This document shows positions 45,277 through 55,339 of a stretch of DNA of 64,000 nt, in pieces (positions within the stretch are counted from its first letter, which is position 1; each line of letters begins with the position of its first letter). This DNA comes from a bacterium. Its GTDB lineage: Bacteria > Sysuimicrobiota > Sysuimicrobiia > Sysuimicrobiales > Humicultoraceae. A program made the translations under genes and the position numbers. Below the pieces are notes generated by a model. That model was not told the DNA's origin. It searched no databases and saw only the letters and a program-made list of their open reading frames with translations. Where the stretch lies: contig JBGQGY010000003.1 of NCBI GenBank assembly GCA_041497675.1, positions 335 to 64,334 on the forward strand, given 5' to 3'.

Positions 45277-46566
45277 CTACTTGCCGTCCCCGGATGCCGC
45301 ACCCGCGGTCGCCGGGATGGGCGCGAGCGTCCTGCCGGCGCGCAGGATCCCCAACAGCGGCACCGACCCGAGCACTGCCGCCATGATACCGACCGTGACC
45401 TCTCCGCCCCGGGCCAGGAAGACGCCACCCAGCAGCGCCGCCGCCATCGCGGCCACGTTCGTGAACAGGTCGTTGATGCCCACGACGCGGGCCCGTGTCG
45501 CCGGGCCGGACAGATCGCCGAGCAGCGCGGTGCCCGACACGAACGCCAGACACCACCCCAACCCCACGAGATAGAACGCCATCGACGCGATCACGGCCGA
45601 GTCGACGCCCAGCGTAAAGACCAACCCGCTCGATGCGCTGAGCAAGGCCCCGCCGATCAAGACGGGTCTGCGGCCGATGCGGTCGGCAAGGCGTCCAACG
45701 GGCGCCGACAACCCAAACATCCCCAGCACGTGCGCCATCAACGCGAATGAGATGGCGTTGATCGAATGCCCATGGAAGTGCATCATCAGCGACGAGGTGG
45801 CCATCAACATCGCCATCGCCGCCTGCGCGCAGGCCAAGGCGATCATCGCGGCTTGCGCCGGACGTGAGGTCACGATCTCTGCGACCGTGGCGTCGCGTCC
45901 ACGGGCAACAGTCCCTTCCGCAGATGCGGCCTCAGGAAAGTAGTCCGTCAGCCGCTGACTGATCTCGCGGGGATCGGGTCGAAGCCGGGACGCGATCAAC
46001 GCGGCGATCGCCAGCGCCGCCACAAGAAACCCGTATGGAACCGCCAATGGGTCGATGCGGATCGCCGGGGCGATCCGGTCACCCAGCGCCACCAGGCCGG
46101 GGCCGGCGATGCCGCCGACAAGCCCTCCCGCGACGACGAATCCAACCGCCCCGGCGCGGCGCTCGGCCGGGTACATGTCGGCCACCGCTGCGCGGGTCAG
46201 CATGCCCATCCCGGCCCCCAGGCTCAGGATGATGATCCCGACCAGGTAGGCGGCGACCAGATGCGCCGCCACCGCGGCGGCGACCGCCGCCGCCCCCACA
46301 CCGGCGATCAGATACCCGAGGACCAGCCCGGGCCGGCGACCGCGGCGATCCATGAACCGGCCCGCGGGATACGCGATGGACGCAATGGCGACATAGTGCA
46401 ATGCGGTAGGCAAACCGGCCAGGCTCTTGGAATGGGTGAGCGAGTAGATGATCAGGCTGCCCAACTGCGAGGCCATCGACAAACCGGTCGAGAGCATGGC
46501 CTGCGTCGTGAACAGCAGCCACGTGTTGCGCCGGATGTCAGAGGGCACCCCCGCGGTGGTGTTCAC
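45277..46566 (-). CDS. MFS transporter
   Basis: 12 hydrophobic segments; RRGRRP-like loop (FMDRRGRRPGLVLG). Confidence 0.75.
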   Translation of the reverse strand: MNTTAGVPSDIRRNTWLLFTTQAMLSTGLSMASQLGSLIIYSLTHSKSLAGLPTALHYVAIASIAYPAGRFMDRRGRRPGLVLGYLIAGVGAAAVAAAVAAHLVAAYLVGIIILSLGAGMGMLTRAAVADMYPAERRAGAVGFVVAGGLVGGIAGPGLVALGDRIAPAIRIDPLAVPYGFLVAALAIAALIASRLRPDPREISQRLTDYFPEAASAEGTVARGRDATVAEIVTSRPAQAAMIALACAQAAMAMLMATSSLMMHFHGHSINAISFALMAHVLGMFGLSAPVGRLADRIGRRPVLIGGALLSASSGLVFTLGVDSAVIASMAFYLVGLGWCLAFVSGTALLGDLSGPATRARVVGINDLFTNVAAMAAALLGGVFLARGGEVTVGIMAAVLGSVPLLGILRAGRTLAPIPATAGAASGDGK

Positions 46567-46569
46567 TTC

Positions 46570-48129
46570 TCAGGGCTCCGCGCGAATCTGACGCAGTTGT
46601 TCCTCGGCCTGCTTGCGCAGCGAGGGGTCGCGGCTGACCTCCAATACCTTTTCCATGTCGGGGATGGCCTTGCGCGGCTCGCCGCGAAGCCGGAGGGTGA
46701 TGCCGTGCTGATAGTAGACCTCGGCATCTTTGGGATCGATCGCGATCGCGTGCTCGAAATCTTCGAGCGCCCGTGCATACTCCCGCCGGAGCAGCTGACT
46801 GATGCCCCGCCCCTTGTACGCATCGCCATAGCGAGGATTGAGTGTGATCGCGGCCGAGAAATCCTCGACCGCCTGCTCGTGCCGGCCCAGGATCGTCCGC
46901 GCGATCCCTCGTTCGTAGTACGCCACGGCCATCTTTGGGTCGCGCTCGAGGGCGGCGGTGAAGTCGGCGATGGCGCCGGTCTGATCTTTCAGGATGCTGC
47001 GGCTCCGACCGCGGTTCACGAGTATCAGCGGGTCTGCCGGCCGCATCTCCAGCGCGCGCGAGAAGTCCTCGATGGCCTCGCGGTGGGTGCCAAGCGCTGC
47101 GCGGCTCAGGCCGCGGTCAAAGTACGCGAGCGGGTTCGGCCCCATGGCGATCGCGCGGGAAAAATCCTCCAGGGCGCGCTTGTGCTCGCCGAGCGCAGCC
47201 CAACCTACCCCACGGCCGAGAAGCGCCCCGGCGCTGCGAGGGCTGCGTTCCAACACGCGATCATAGTCGCTGATAGCTTGCCGGTAGTCCCCGCGAAACG
47301 TGCGGCTGATCCCCCGATTGCGATAGGGCGCCTCGTCTCTGGGACTCAAGCCGATGGCCGTCTCGTACTCCGCCAGGGCCTTCTCCTGATCGCCGATGAT
47401 AGCGTACACGAGACCGCGCCCGTTGTGCGCGGCCGCGCCCAGAGACGCGTCCTGCAAGATCTCGTCATAAGACTTTAGGACCTCACCAGACGGGGCCGTC
47501 AGTACTGCGAGGTTCGCGCGACTGAGCAGCAGCGCGGCCCGGTCGCCCGGTTGGACGACGTTGAGCAGATCGGCAAACAGAGGATCGGCCGCTGTGTCAC
47601 GGCCGTCGCGATACCCCACCACTGCGTTCACGAGAAGCACCGGCGCGTCTACGTTACTGCCCATCTGTTGCCGGAGCACAAACTGATCGGGTTCGGCGAG
47701 CGCACCCTCGACAGCGTAGTCCCCAAAGGGACGCAGGATGACAAACCTCGGCGGGCCCATGTTCTCTATGGTCAACGTCAGCACGGCATCGGGGCCTGTC
47801 GATTTCAAGTATCCCCACACAACCAAAGTGGCACGTTGCCGGTCACCTAACGAGCGCGCAGCGCGACTTCCCTCTTCTTCCGTGATCGAAGTCCTGAGCC
47901 GGCGCAGGGCCGCTGGTTCACGGCGATCTCTCGCGTCGGTCAGGGCACGTGCCAGCTTCTCCGTAAGCACGGCAGCTTGAGGTCCTGCTCCGGCGACCGG
48001 GGCTAAGAGAATGGCGCCTCTTCTGCCGGGCCCCAAGACGTCGAAATAGCGCAGGCCGGCAACCAGAGCCGCGAGGAGCAGGACGAACGGGAGGTAACGA
48101 GCGATCCTGGAACCGCGAACGCGGTTCAC
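46570..48129 (-). CDS. TPR-repeat protein (BatC-like), N-terminal TM anchor
   Basis: Many 34-aa TPR units (...AIADFTAALERDPKMAVAYYERGIARTILGRHEQAVEDFSAAITLNP...). Last gene of the MoxR/VWA operon. Confidence 0.75.
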   Translation of the reverse strand: MNRVRGSRIARYLPFVLLLAALVAGLRYFDVLGPGRRGAILLAPVAGAGPQAAVLTEKLARALTDARDRREPAALRRLRTSITEEEGSRAARSLGDRQRATLVVWGYLKSTGPDAVLTLTIENMGPPRFVILRPFGDYAVEGALAEPDQFVLRQQMGSNVDAPVLLVNAVVGYRDGRDTAADPLFADLLNVVQPGDRAALLLSRANLAVLTAPSGEVLKSYDEILQDASLGAAAHNGRGLVYAIIGDQEKALAEYETAIGLSPRDEAPYRNRGISRTFRGDYRQAISDYDRVLERSPRSAGALLGRGVGWAALGEHKRALEDFSRAIAMGPNPLAYFDRGLSRAALGTHREAIEDFSRALEMRPADPLILVNRGRSRSILKDQTGAIADFTAALERDPKMAVAYYERGIARTILGRHEQAVEDFSAAITLNPRYGDAYKGRGISQLLRREYARALEDFEHAIAIDPKDAEVYYQHGITLRLRGEPRKAIPDMEKVLEVSRDPSLRKQAEEQLRQIRAEP

Positions 48130-49121
48130 AGCAGACGGTGGACGGTCAGCAGCGAGAGCGCCACAGCGGCTACAAGAGAGCCGAGCGCGGCGCCCGCCGC
48201 AACCGACGTCACCTCGGTGGGCTTATTCTCCCAACCGATTTCGCGGCCCAACTGCCGGTAGACGCGACGGAGTTCGCCCGCGTTGGTCGTGCGGTAGTAC
48301 GACCCCCCGGTCGTCTCGGCCATGGCGCGCAGCGTCTCTTCATCAAGCCGGACCCAGATGCTGCGCCCGCCTACGCTGAGAAACGTCCCTTCGGGAGTCC
48401 CCACGCCGATCGTGTAGGTTTTCACCTGCAGGTCGCGCGCAATCTTCGCCGCTTCTAACGGGAGCGTCCCGCGGTTGCTCTGCCCGTCCGACAACAGGAC
48501 CACCACGGCCGGAGGCAGCGGCCCCGCCGGCGGGGGCGGCGGGGACCCGGGTGTCAGCGGGCGCGGTCGACCCGGAAGGTTCCAGATCGCTTCGAGCAGC
48601 CCGTCCCCGATGGCGGTGGCGAACTCCGTGTTGAGCATGTCGATGGCGTCGAGCACGCGGGCCCGGTCGCCTGTTGGCCGGAGGATGGTCGTCGCGTAGC
48701 TGCTGAAGCTGACCAACCCCACCCTGAATCCCCGTGGGAGCGCGTTGACGAACTCGCGCGCGGCCAGTTTGGCGGCTTCCATCCGGTTCGGTGGAAGATC
48801 TTCGGCCAGCATGCTGCGGCTCACGTCGATCGACAGGACGACGACCCCGCTGTTGGCAGGCACCGGCAGCGGCGCGACCGGGCGCGCCAACCCGACGATC
48901 GTCGTGGCGATCGCCAGGAGGACCAGCAACGCGGGCACGTGACGGCGCCATCGGCTGTGCCGCGCCGCGGCCTGGATCAACAGCGCTAGGTTGGGGATGA
49001 GCACGGCGCGGCGCGGCGGGCGCACGAGGAGCCGCACGTACAGCCACACCGCCGGCGGCAGGAGCGCTAAGCCCCACAGCATGAAGGGCCACTCGAACGT
49101 CACGGCACCCGCCTGAACCAC
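48126..49121 (-). CDS. VWA-domain protein (BatA/BatB-like)
   Basis: FEWPFMLWGLALL N-terminal TM, VVVLSIDVSRSM MIDAS motif, C-terminal TM. Confidence 0.8.
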   Translation of the reverse strand: MVQAGAVTFEWPFMLWGLALLPPAVWLYVRLLVRPPRRAVLIPNLALLIQAAARHSRWRRHVPALLVLLAIATTIVGLARPVAPLPVPANSGVVVLSIDVSRSMLAEDLPPNRMEAAKLAAREFVNALPRGFRVGLVSFSSYATTILRPTGDRARVLDAIDMLNTEFATAIGDGLLEAIWNLPGRPRPLTPGSPPPPPAGPLPPAVVVLLSDGQSNRGTLPLEAAKIARDLQVKTYTIGVGTPEGTFLSVGGRSIWVRLDEETLRAMAETTGGSYYRTTNAGELRRVYRQLGREIGWENKPTEVTSVAAGAALGSLVAAVALSLLTVHRLL

Positions 49122-50137
49122 GCGAGCGACAGTACCCCGCCCGTCGTGATCACGAGCCCGGCGACGCCCACCAGCAGGAACGACACCTCCAACCGCGTGC
49201 GTTCCCAGCCGATGATGCGACCCAGCTGGCGATAGATGCGCTGCAATTCCTCATCACCCGCGGAGCCAAAGTACCGGCCGTCGGCGATCTGCGCGATCCG
49301 CTCGAGGCCACTCGAATCAAACGGCACCAGAACCATCTGGTTGTCGATCTGCATCACGACGCCGCCGGGCGTCCCCAGACCGATCGTGTAGATCTTCACC
49401 CGCCCGTCGCGCGCCAGCTGTGCCGACTCATAGGGATCGGGACCAAAGTTGTTCACGCCATCAGAGAAGATGAGGATCGCCGATGGCGCCAGTTCCTCAA
49501 ACGTGGGGATGGGTTCGGTGGGGCTCTGAGGCGGAGGAGTGCTCGGCCGGGCCGCGCCCTGTCGCATCAGGCGTTCGAGACGTTCTCCGAGGAACCGGGC
49601 GCGCCCCGGCAGGACGCGGATCGATTCCAGGATCCCGCCACCCACTGACGTCGCCGACTGGAACTGCAAACGGTCGATGGCCTCCGAGAGCTGCTGGCGT
49701 TCGGTCGTGGGCGCAAGCAAGACCTGCCCATACTCGCTAAAGGACACCAACCCGATCTTGGTCGACCGCGGCACGATGCGCGCGAACTCCCGCGCCGCCC
49801 GCTTGGCGGCCTCCAGCCGGCTCGGAGGGACGTCGGTGCCCATCATGCTCTTGCTGGTATCGATGGCGATGATCACCGCCGATCGGTTGACGGGCATCGG
49901 GATAGCGGCCACGGGTCGGGCCATCGCGAGCGACAGCAACAAGATTGCGATCAAGTAGAGCGAGAGCGGCAGGGACCGCTGCCACGACGGCGGCCGCACG
50001 ACGAGCTGTTCGAAGAGGCGGCGCTCGGCGAACACCTCGGCCGCGCGCCGCTGGCGGCGCACCAGGGCCAGGTGCCCCAGATAGAGCAGGGGCACGAGGG
50101 CGAGCGCCCACAACATCACCGGCCAGGTGAATTCCAC
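49100..50137 (-). CDS. VWA-domain protein (BatA/BatB-like), second copy
   Basis: EFTWPVMLWALALV..., AVIIAIDTSKSM MIDAS motif. Probable GTG start; an ATG 21 nt downstream is the alternative. Confidence 0.75.
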   Translation of the reverse strand: MEFTWPVMLWALALVPLLYLGHLALVRRQRRAAEVFAERRLFEQLVVRPPSWQRSLPLSLYLIAILLLSLAMARPVAAIPMPVNRSAVIIAIDTSKSMMGTDVPPSRLEAAKRAAREFARIVPRSTKIGLVSFSEYGQVLLAPTTERQQLSEAIDRLQFQSATSVGGGILESIRVLPGRARFLGERLERLMRQGAARPSTPPPQSPTEPIPTFEELAPSAILIFSDGVNNFGPDPYESAQLARDGRVKIYTIGLGTPGGVVMQIDNQMVLVPFDSSGLERIAQIADGRYFGSAGDEELQRIYRQLGRIIGWERTRLEVSFLLVGVAGLVITTGGVLSLAWFRRVP

Positions 50138-51027
50138 AGACGCCTCCGCCTCCGCATGATGAACTTCACCAGCGGGTCGACGATCGGTTCGGCCGTTGAC
50201 AGTTCGAGCGCATCGCTGCGTGACTGCCGGAACACATCGGTGATCCGGGCGCGGCGCGCTGCCACCAGTGCTGAGAACGCTTCCCGCACCTGCGCGTCGG
50301 ACGTATCGATCCAACAGTGCTCGCCGGTCTCCGGATCCCGCACCGGTAACATGCCAACGTCGGGGAGCGTCTCCTCGGCGGGATCGCGGATCCATACCGT
50401 GACGACGTCGTGGCGGCGGCCGAGTTCCTTGAGCGGCTGTTCCCACCCCGTTGGCGCGATGAAGTCGGACACGACGAACACGAGGTTCCGCCGGCGGAGC
50501 AGACCGGCCGCGGTGCGAAGGGTGGCCGCCAGATCCGTCGCCCCCTGATCGGTCGCCGTCGCCTGGTTCAGCACGTGAATGATGCGCAGGGCGTGCCGCC
50601 GGCCGGTACGGGGCGGGACCACCGGCGTCCCGTGGCCGGGAAACACCATGGCCGCCACCTTGTCGCCGTGCCGCGCGATGACGTACGACGCGACGCCGGC
50701 GAACTCAATGGCCAGCTCCCGCTTCAACCTCCGGCGGGTGCCAAACGTCATCGACGGCGACAGATCGACCAGCAGCCAGGCCGTGATCTCGCGCTCTTCG
50801 AGGTATTGACGCACGAACAGACGGTCCATCCGCGCCGTGACGTTCCAATCGATGCGGCGTATCTCATCCCCCGGCTGGTATTCGCGTACTTCGGCCAGGT
50901 CAAGACTGGGACCGTAGAAGGTCCCGCGGTAGTCTCCGAAGAGGAACCCATCGAGCCGCCGGACGACCGTAAACTCCAGCCGCCTCAGCAGGCGCTCCGG
51001 CGTCTCGAGGGTTTGGGTGTCAGGCAT
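50116..51027 (-). CDS. DUF58-domain protein (MoxR-associated)
   Basis: ...GDYRGTFYGPSLDLAEVREYQPGDEIRRIDWNVTAR... matches the DUF58 core. Confidence 0.8.
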   Translation of the reverse strand: MPDTQTLETPERLLRRLEFTVVRRLDGFLFGDYRGTFYGPSLDLAEVREYQPGDEIRRIDWNVTARMDRLFVRQYLEEREITAWLLVDLSPSMTFGTRRRLKRELAIEFAGVASYVIARHGDKVAAMVFPGHGTPVVPPRTGRRHALRIIHVLNQATATDQGATDLAATLRTAAGLLRRRNLVFVVSDFIAPTGWEQPLKELGRRHDVVTVWIRDPAEETLPDVGMLPVRDPETGEHCWIDTSDAQVREAFSALVAARRARITDVFRQSRSDALELSTAEPIVDPLVKFIMRRRRRLWNSPGR

Positions 51028-51030
51028 GCG

Positions 51031-52080
51031 CTACGAGGCCCCCGCGGAGGCCTCCCCGGCCACCGGCGTGATCTGCTGAACCATGTACGGATCGCCGAGC
51101 GCGACGCGCGGGGCCGGCACCACACCGAGGACCTGCTCGATGATCGAGTCGGGTCCGACGCCGTCGGCCAGCGCTTCGTATGACAGGATCAAACGGTGCC
51201 GCAACACCTCAAGGGCCAGATCGCGTACGTCCTCCGCCATCACGTACTCGCGGCCGCGCAGGAGGGCCAGCGCCCGCGCGCCCAGGACCATGTTCAACGA
51301 GGCCCGAGGGCTGGCACCGTACGAGATGAACCGCTTGAGGCGCTCCAGTCCGACCTCTTGAGGCTCGCGCGTCGCGGCGGTCAGGCTCACGGCGTACTCT
51401 CGGATCTTGGGATCGACATAGATGCCGTCGGCGGCGGCCTGCAGTCTGATCAACTCGGCTGAGGCAATGATGGGCGACACGTCCGCCGCGACCCCGCTCA
51501 TCCGCTCGACGATCGTCACCTCTTCATGATAGGACGGATACCCGATGACCACTTTGAACATGAAGCGGTCGACTGCCGCCTCCGGGAGCGGGTAGGTGCC
51601 CTCGCTCTCGATGGGGTTCTGCGTCGCCATCACCAGGAACGGCTCGGGCAGTTGGAACGTCTGCTTGCCGATCGTAGACTGGCGCTCCTGCATCGCCTCG
51701 AGCAGCGCCGACTGCACCTTCGCCGGTGCCCGGTTGATCTCGTCGGCCAACACGAAGTTCGCGAAGATCGGACCGAGCTCAGTATCGAACGCGCCACTCC
51801 GTTGATTGTAGATCCGCGTGCCGACCAGGTCGGCGGGCACCAGGTCGGGGGTGAACTGGATGCGTTTGAAGTCACAGTCGATCGCGCGGGCCGTGGTCTT
51901 GATGGCCAGCGTCTTGGCCAGCCCGGGGACACCCTCGATGAGCACGTGGCCGCGGGCCAGCAGCGCCACGAGGATCCGTTCGAGCATCACGTCCTGCCCC
52001 ACGATCACCCGCTTGATCTCGTACAGGACCTTCCGCATCGTCGCGGAAGCCTGGTGCAGCGTCTCCAACGGCATGGGCAC
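51031..52080 (-). CDS. MoxR-family AAA+ ATPase
   Basis: GVPGLAKT Walker A, DEINRAPAKVQSALLEAMQE. Confidence 0.85.
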   Translation of the reverse strand: MPMPLETLHQASATMRKVLYEIKRVIVGQDVMLERILVALLARGHVLIEGVPGLAKTLAIKTTARAIDCDFKRIQFTPDLVPADLVGTRIYNQRSGAFDTELGPIFANFVLADEINRAPAKVQSALLEAMQERQSTIGKQTFQLPEPFLVMATQNPIESEGTYPLPEAAVDRFMFKVVIGYPSYHEEVTIVERMSGVAADVSPIIASAELIRLQAAADGIYVDPKIREYAVSLTAATREPQEVGLERLKRFISYGASPRASLNMVLGARALALLRGREYVMAEDVRDLALEVLRHRLILSYEALADGVGPDSIIEQVLGVVPAPRVALGDPYMVQQITPVAGEASAGAS

Positions 52081-52227
52081 AGTGTTCTCCTCCGCTATGA
52101 GAAACCGGCGGCCGACCCTTCCACCTTGCCCGGTCGCCCGCCAGCCTCACATGTCCTTTAGAACGTACCACCAGGGCGCGAGCAGGGTCAAGCCGCAGGG
52201 TCGGGCGCGCGGCGCATCGTATACTTC

Positions 52228-53094
52228 ATGATCGTGCATCGACTCCCGCTTACCTTTGCCCTGCTGGCTCTCTTCCTCTCATCAGGGCCCGCCCGCCTCG
52301 GCGCGGCGGCGTCTCCGACGACCGCTGCGGCACCGTTGACCGACCCGTGGTTGATCGTGCCCGGTCAATCGCTTGGGCTGCTGCGCCTGGGCAGCCCGAT
52401 GCGCGTCGTCTCGCAGACCCCCGGCTGGGCGCAATCGGACCGCACGCACGTCGTCGGGACGATCTCGTACTTGACGTACAACCGGCATGGGGTCACGATC
52501 GCCGTCCGCGACGAGACCGCGGTGATGATGCTGACGACCAACGAACGGTTCCGCACGGAGCGCGGCGTCGCCGTCGGCAAGGCCGCGTCGACGGTGTCGG
52601 CGGCCTACGGCGCGACGGGTGGCGGCGACGATCGCACACTCTGGTACGACGGCATGGGGATGGTCGTCGTGATCGGGGGCAACACCGTGGTCCGGATCGG
52701 TGTCTATGACCCGAAAACGCTGGTCCGGGTGATCCTCGCCGAAGAGCGCCCGGCGAGGGACGTGTTCCTCTCAGCCCATGCGCCGAAAATCGGCCCGCCA
52801 CCGGCCAAAGCCGAGGCGGGCAGCCGGAGCGTCGCCATCAGCATCACGCTCAAGAACACGGCGTCAGCAGCAAAAGTGCTCAACCCGAACTTCTTGACGC
52901 TCACCGACCGCAACGGGCACTCGTACCGGTATCATCCCTCGACCTTCGGTCAGAAGGACGCCTGCCGCTCGACGGTGATCGTCCGCCCTGGGGATAGCGC
53001 GTCGTGTTCGGTCGTGTTTGTGCTGCCCGCGGGGGAGACGCCCCGCACGATCACCTACAGCGACGGCGCCAGCATCGACGAAACCTCATTGTAG
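52228..53094 (+). CDS. secreted hypothetical protein (signal peptide; C-terminal DUF4352-like beta domain, tentative)
   Basis: MIVHRLPLTFALLALFLSSGPARLGAAAS signal. Confidence 0.5.
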   Translation: MIVHRLPLTFALLALFLSSGPARLGAAASPTTAAAPLTDPWLIVPGQSLGLLRLGSPMRVVSQTPGWAQSDRTHVVGTISYLTYNRHGVTIAVRDETAVMMLTTNERFRTERGVAVGKAASTVSAAYGATGGGDDRTLWYDGMGMVVVIGGNTVVRIGVYDPKTLVRVILAEERPARDVFLSAHAPKIGPPPAKAEAGSRSVAISITLKNTASAAKVLNPNFLTLTDRNGHSYRYHPSTFGQKDACRSTVIVRPGDSASCSVVFVLPAGETPRTITYSDGASIDETSL

Positions 53095-53108
53095 CCCGCG
53101 ACGTCGGC

Positions 53109-54500
53109 TCACCCCTTCGCGCGGCGGGGGACGGCTCCCCGGGTATCGGCATCGGCCAGGGATTGAAACACCTGGGCGCTCACGTGGATGCCGTCGTAGT
53201 AGCGCTCCAACGACATGTTCTCGTTCGGGCTGTGGTTGTTCTCGTCGGCATTGGCATACGGCACCCCGATGTGCGCCACGCCCAGGACATCCGGCCAGAC
53301 CGCGTTGGGGAGGCTGCCCCCCGCGCACAGATTGACGACGGGCTCCGTCTTCCGCCAGGCGGCAATCGCCGCGCCCACCGCGCCGACCGCGGGATGGTCG
53401 GGCGGGGTCCGGCTCGCCTCCATGTGCCCGAAGCCACGGGGCAGCACCTGCACCCGCGGGTCGACCTTGGCGACGTGCCGTGTGACCTTTTCGAAGATGT
53501 CATGCGTGCGCTGGTCGACGACGAGACGGATGTCGATCCGGCACTCGGCCTTTGATGGAATGATCGTCTTCGAACCCGGGCCGACATACCCGCTGATGAA
53601 CCCATTGATGTTAAAGTAGGGCTCGAGCATGATGCGGCGCCAGTAGGCGGCGCCGTCCATGGGGATATCGGGCAGCCCCATCGTCGCCGCGAAGGCTTTC
53701 GAATCGAAATCCATCTTCGCCAGATACGTCTGTTCCACGGCCCCGACCGGCCGGACGTCGTCATAGAAGCCCTCGATCAAGACACGCCCCGACCGATCGA
53801 CCATCGTCCCGAGCAGGTGCGTCAGCATCCACACTGGATTCGGGGCCACCCCACCCTTGTTGCCGGAGTGGTTGTCGCGATCGGCCCCCTGCGCGGCCAG
53901 GGTGATCCCGAGGATGCCGCGATTGCCCAGCGAGATCACCGGGGCCCCGGACGGATGCAGCCCGCCGTCGGAGATGTACACGAGGTCGGCCGCCAGACGC
54001 TCGCGGTGGGTCTGCACGAACCCCGCGAGACCCGGCGATCCTGATTCTTCCTCCCCTTCGAAGATGAACTTGAGATTGATGGGCGGGCCGCCCGCCGCTT
54101 CCATCCACGCCTTCGCGGCGAGCACGTGGGTGATCAGCTGCCCCTTGTTGTCCCCCGTCCCACGCCCGTAGAGCCGGCCGTCTCGGATCGTGGGCTCAAA
54201 CGGGGGGCTCTGCCAGAGATCGAGCGGCTCGGGTGGCTGCACATCGTAGTGTCCGTACAACAACAGCGTGTAGGCCTTGGGGTCACGCCGCAGTTCGCCG
54301 AGCACCACCGGCTGCGTCGGGGTCTGGATGACCTCCGCCGGAACCCCAAGATCGCGCATGATCCCGCTGAGCACCTGCGCGCACTCTTTGACCCCGGTAT
54401 TCTGGGCACTGATACTCGGCTGACGAATCAGCGTCCTCAAGATCCCCAGGGAATCTTCGCGGTGCGCGTCAATGTAGCGATGCACGCCATCGGTTGCCAT
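53109..54500 (-). CDS. M20-family metallopeptidase (dipeptidase-like)
   Basis: LLLYGHYDVQP...GRGTGDNKGQL...FEGEEESGS. Confidence 0.8.
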   Translation of the reverse strand: MATDGVHRYIDAHREDSLGILRTLIRQPSISAQNTGVKECAQVLSGIMRDLGVPAEVIQTPTQPVVLGELRRDPKAYTLLLYGHYDVQPPEPLDLWQSPPFEPTIRDGRLYGRGTGDNKGQLITHVLAAKAWMEAAGGPPINLKFIFEGEEESGSPGLAGFVQTHRERLAADLVYISDGGLHPSGAPVISLGNRGILGITLAAQGADRDNHSGNKGGVAPNPVWMLTHLLGTMVDRSGRVLIEGFYDDVRPVGAVEQTYLAKMDFDSKAFAATMGLPDIPMDGAAYWRRIMLEPYFNINGFISGYVGPGSKTIIPSKAECRIDIRLVVDQRTHDIFEKVTRHVAKVDPRVQVLPRGFGHMEASRTPPDHPAVGAVGAAIAAWRKTEPVVNLCAGGSLPNAVWPDVLGVAHIGVPYANADENNHSPNENMSLERYYDGIHVSAQVFQSLADADTRGAVPRRAKG

Positions 54501-54520
54501 GACGTTCCTCCTCGAGCGAA

Positions 54521-55243
54521 TCAGCCGCGCGTGATGGGATCGTTCAGAATGGTCCGCAGCAGGTCCGGGCGGTTGGTGCAGATCCCGTCGACATCGAGCC
54601 CGCGTAGCGCCCGGATCACGTCCGGCCGTTCTTCATGCCAGAGGATCACGCCGAGCCGGTGATGCCGGATGCGCGCCAGCAGGTCGGACGTGAGAAACTC
54701 TGCCGGCTGGTGGGACCGCGCCTCCCAGCACAGGTGAACGTACGCCGCGCCGGCCGCCAGCGCCCCGGCCACCGGGTCATCGCCGGCCGGCCCGATGAGC
54801 AGTGAGGTCGGGATCTCCCGCGCAAGCGCCCGGGCCTGCCGGATGAGCGCAGGTTGAAACGATCCGACGATCGTCTGCCCCTCGACCCGATTCGCTCGGA
54901 CGAGCCCCACCACCGGCCGGGGCGTTGTTGCGCCCTTCAGTTCCACGTAGAGACGGCAGCGGCCCCGGGTGAGATCGATCACTTCTTGCAGCGTCGGCAC
55001 GGTCTCGCCCTTCCCGGCGTCGAGACGGCGCAACTCGTCGAGGGTGTGCTCGGAGACCCGACCCCTCCCGTCGGTCGTCCGCGACAGATCTTCGTCGTGG
55101 ATGACCACGACCTCACCGTCGGCGCTGAGGTACACGTCGAGCTCGATCATGTCCGCGCCGAGTTCGATGGCTCGGTGGAAGGCGCGCAGTGTGTTTTCGG
55201 GTTCGTAGTCGGAGGCGCCGCGGTGGGCGATGATCCAGGGCAT
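54521..55243 (-). CDS. glycerophosphodiester phosphodiesterase
   Basis: IIAHRGASDYEPENTLRAF...ELDVYLSADGEVVVIHD. Confidence 0.8.
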   Translation of the reverse strand: MPWIIAHRGASDYEPENTLRAFHRAIELGADMIELDVYLSADGEVVVIHDEDLSRTTDGRGRVSEHTLDELRRLDAGKGETVPTLQEVIDLTRGRCRLYVELKGATTPRPVVGLVRANRVEGQTIVGSFQPALIRQARALAREIPTSLLIGPAGDDPVAGALAAGAAYVHLCWEARSHQPAEFLTSDLLARIRHHRLGVILWHEERPDVIRALRGLDVDGICTNRPDLLRTILNDPITRG

Positions 55244-55339
55244 CCTCACGGTGATTTCCCTGCCGGCAGCCACCGGTCCTGTGCCGGCGGCCCAGGGTGC
55301 CACTTGACCGCAGCGCACGGCTTCAAAGATGATCGGGGC

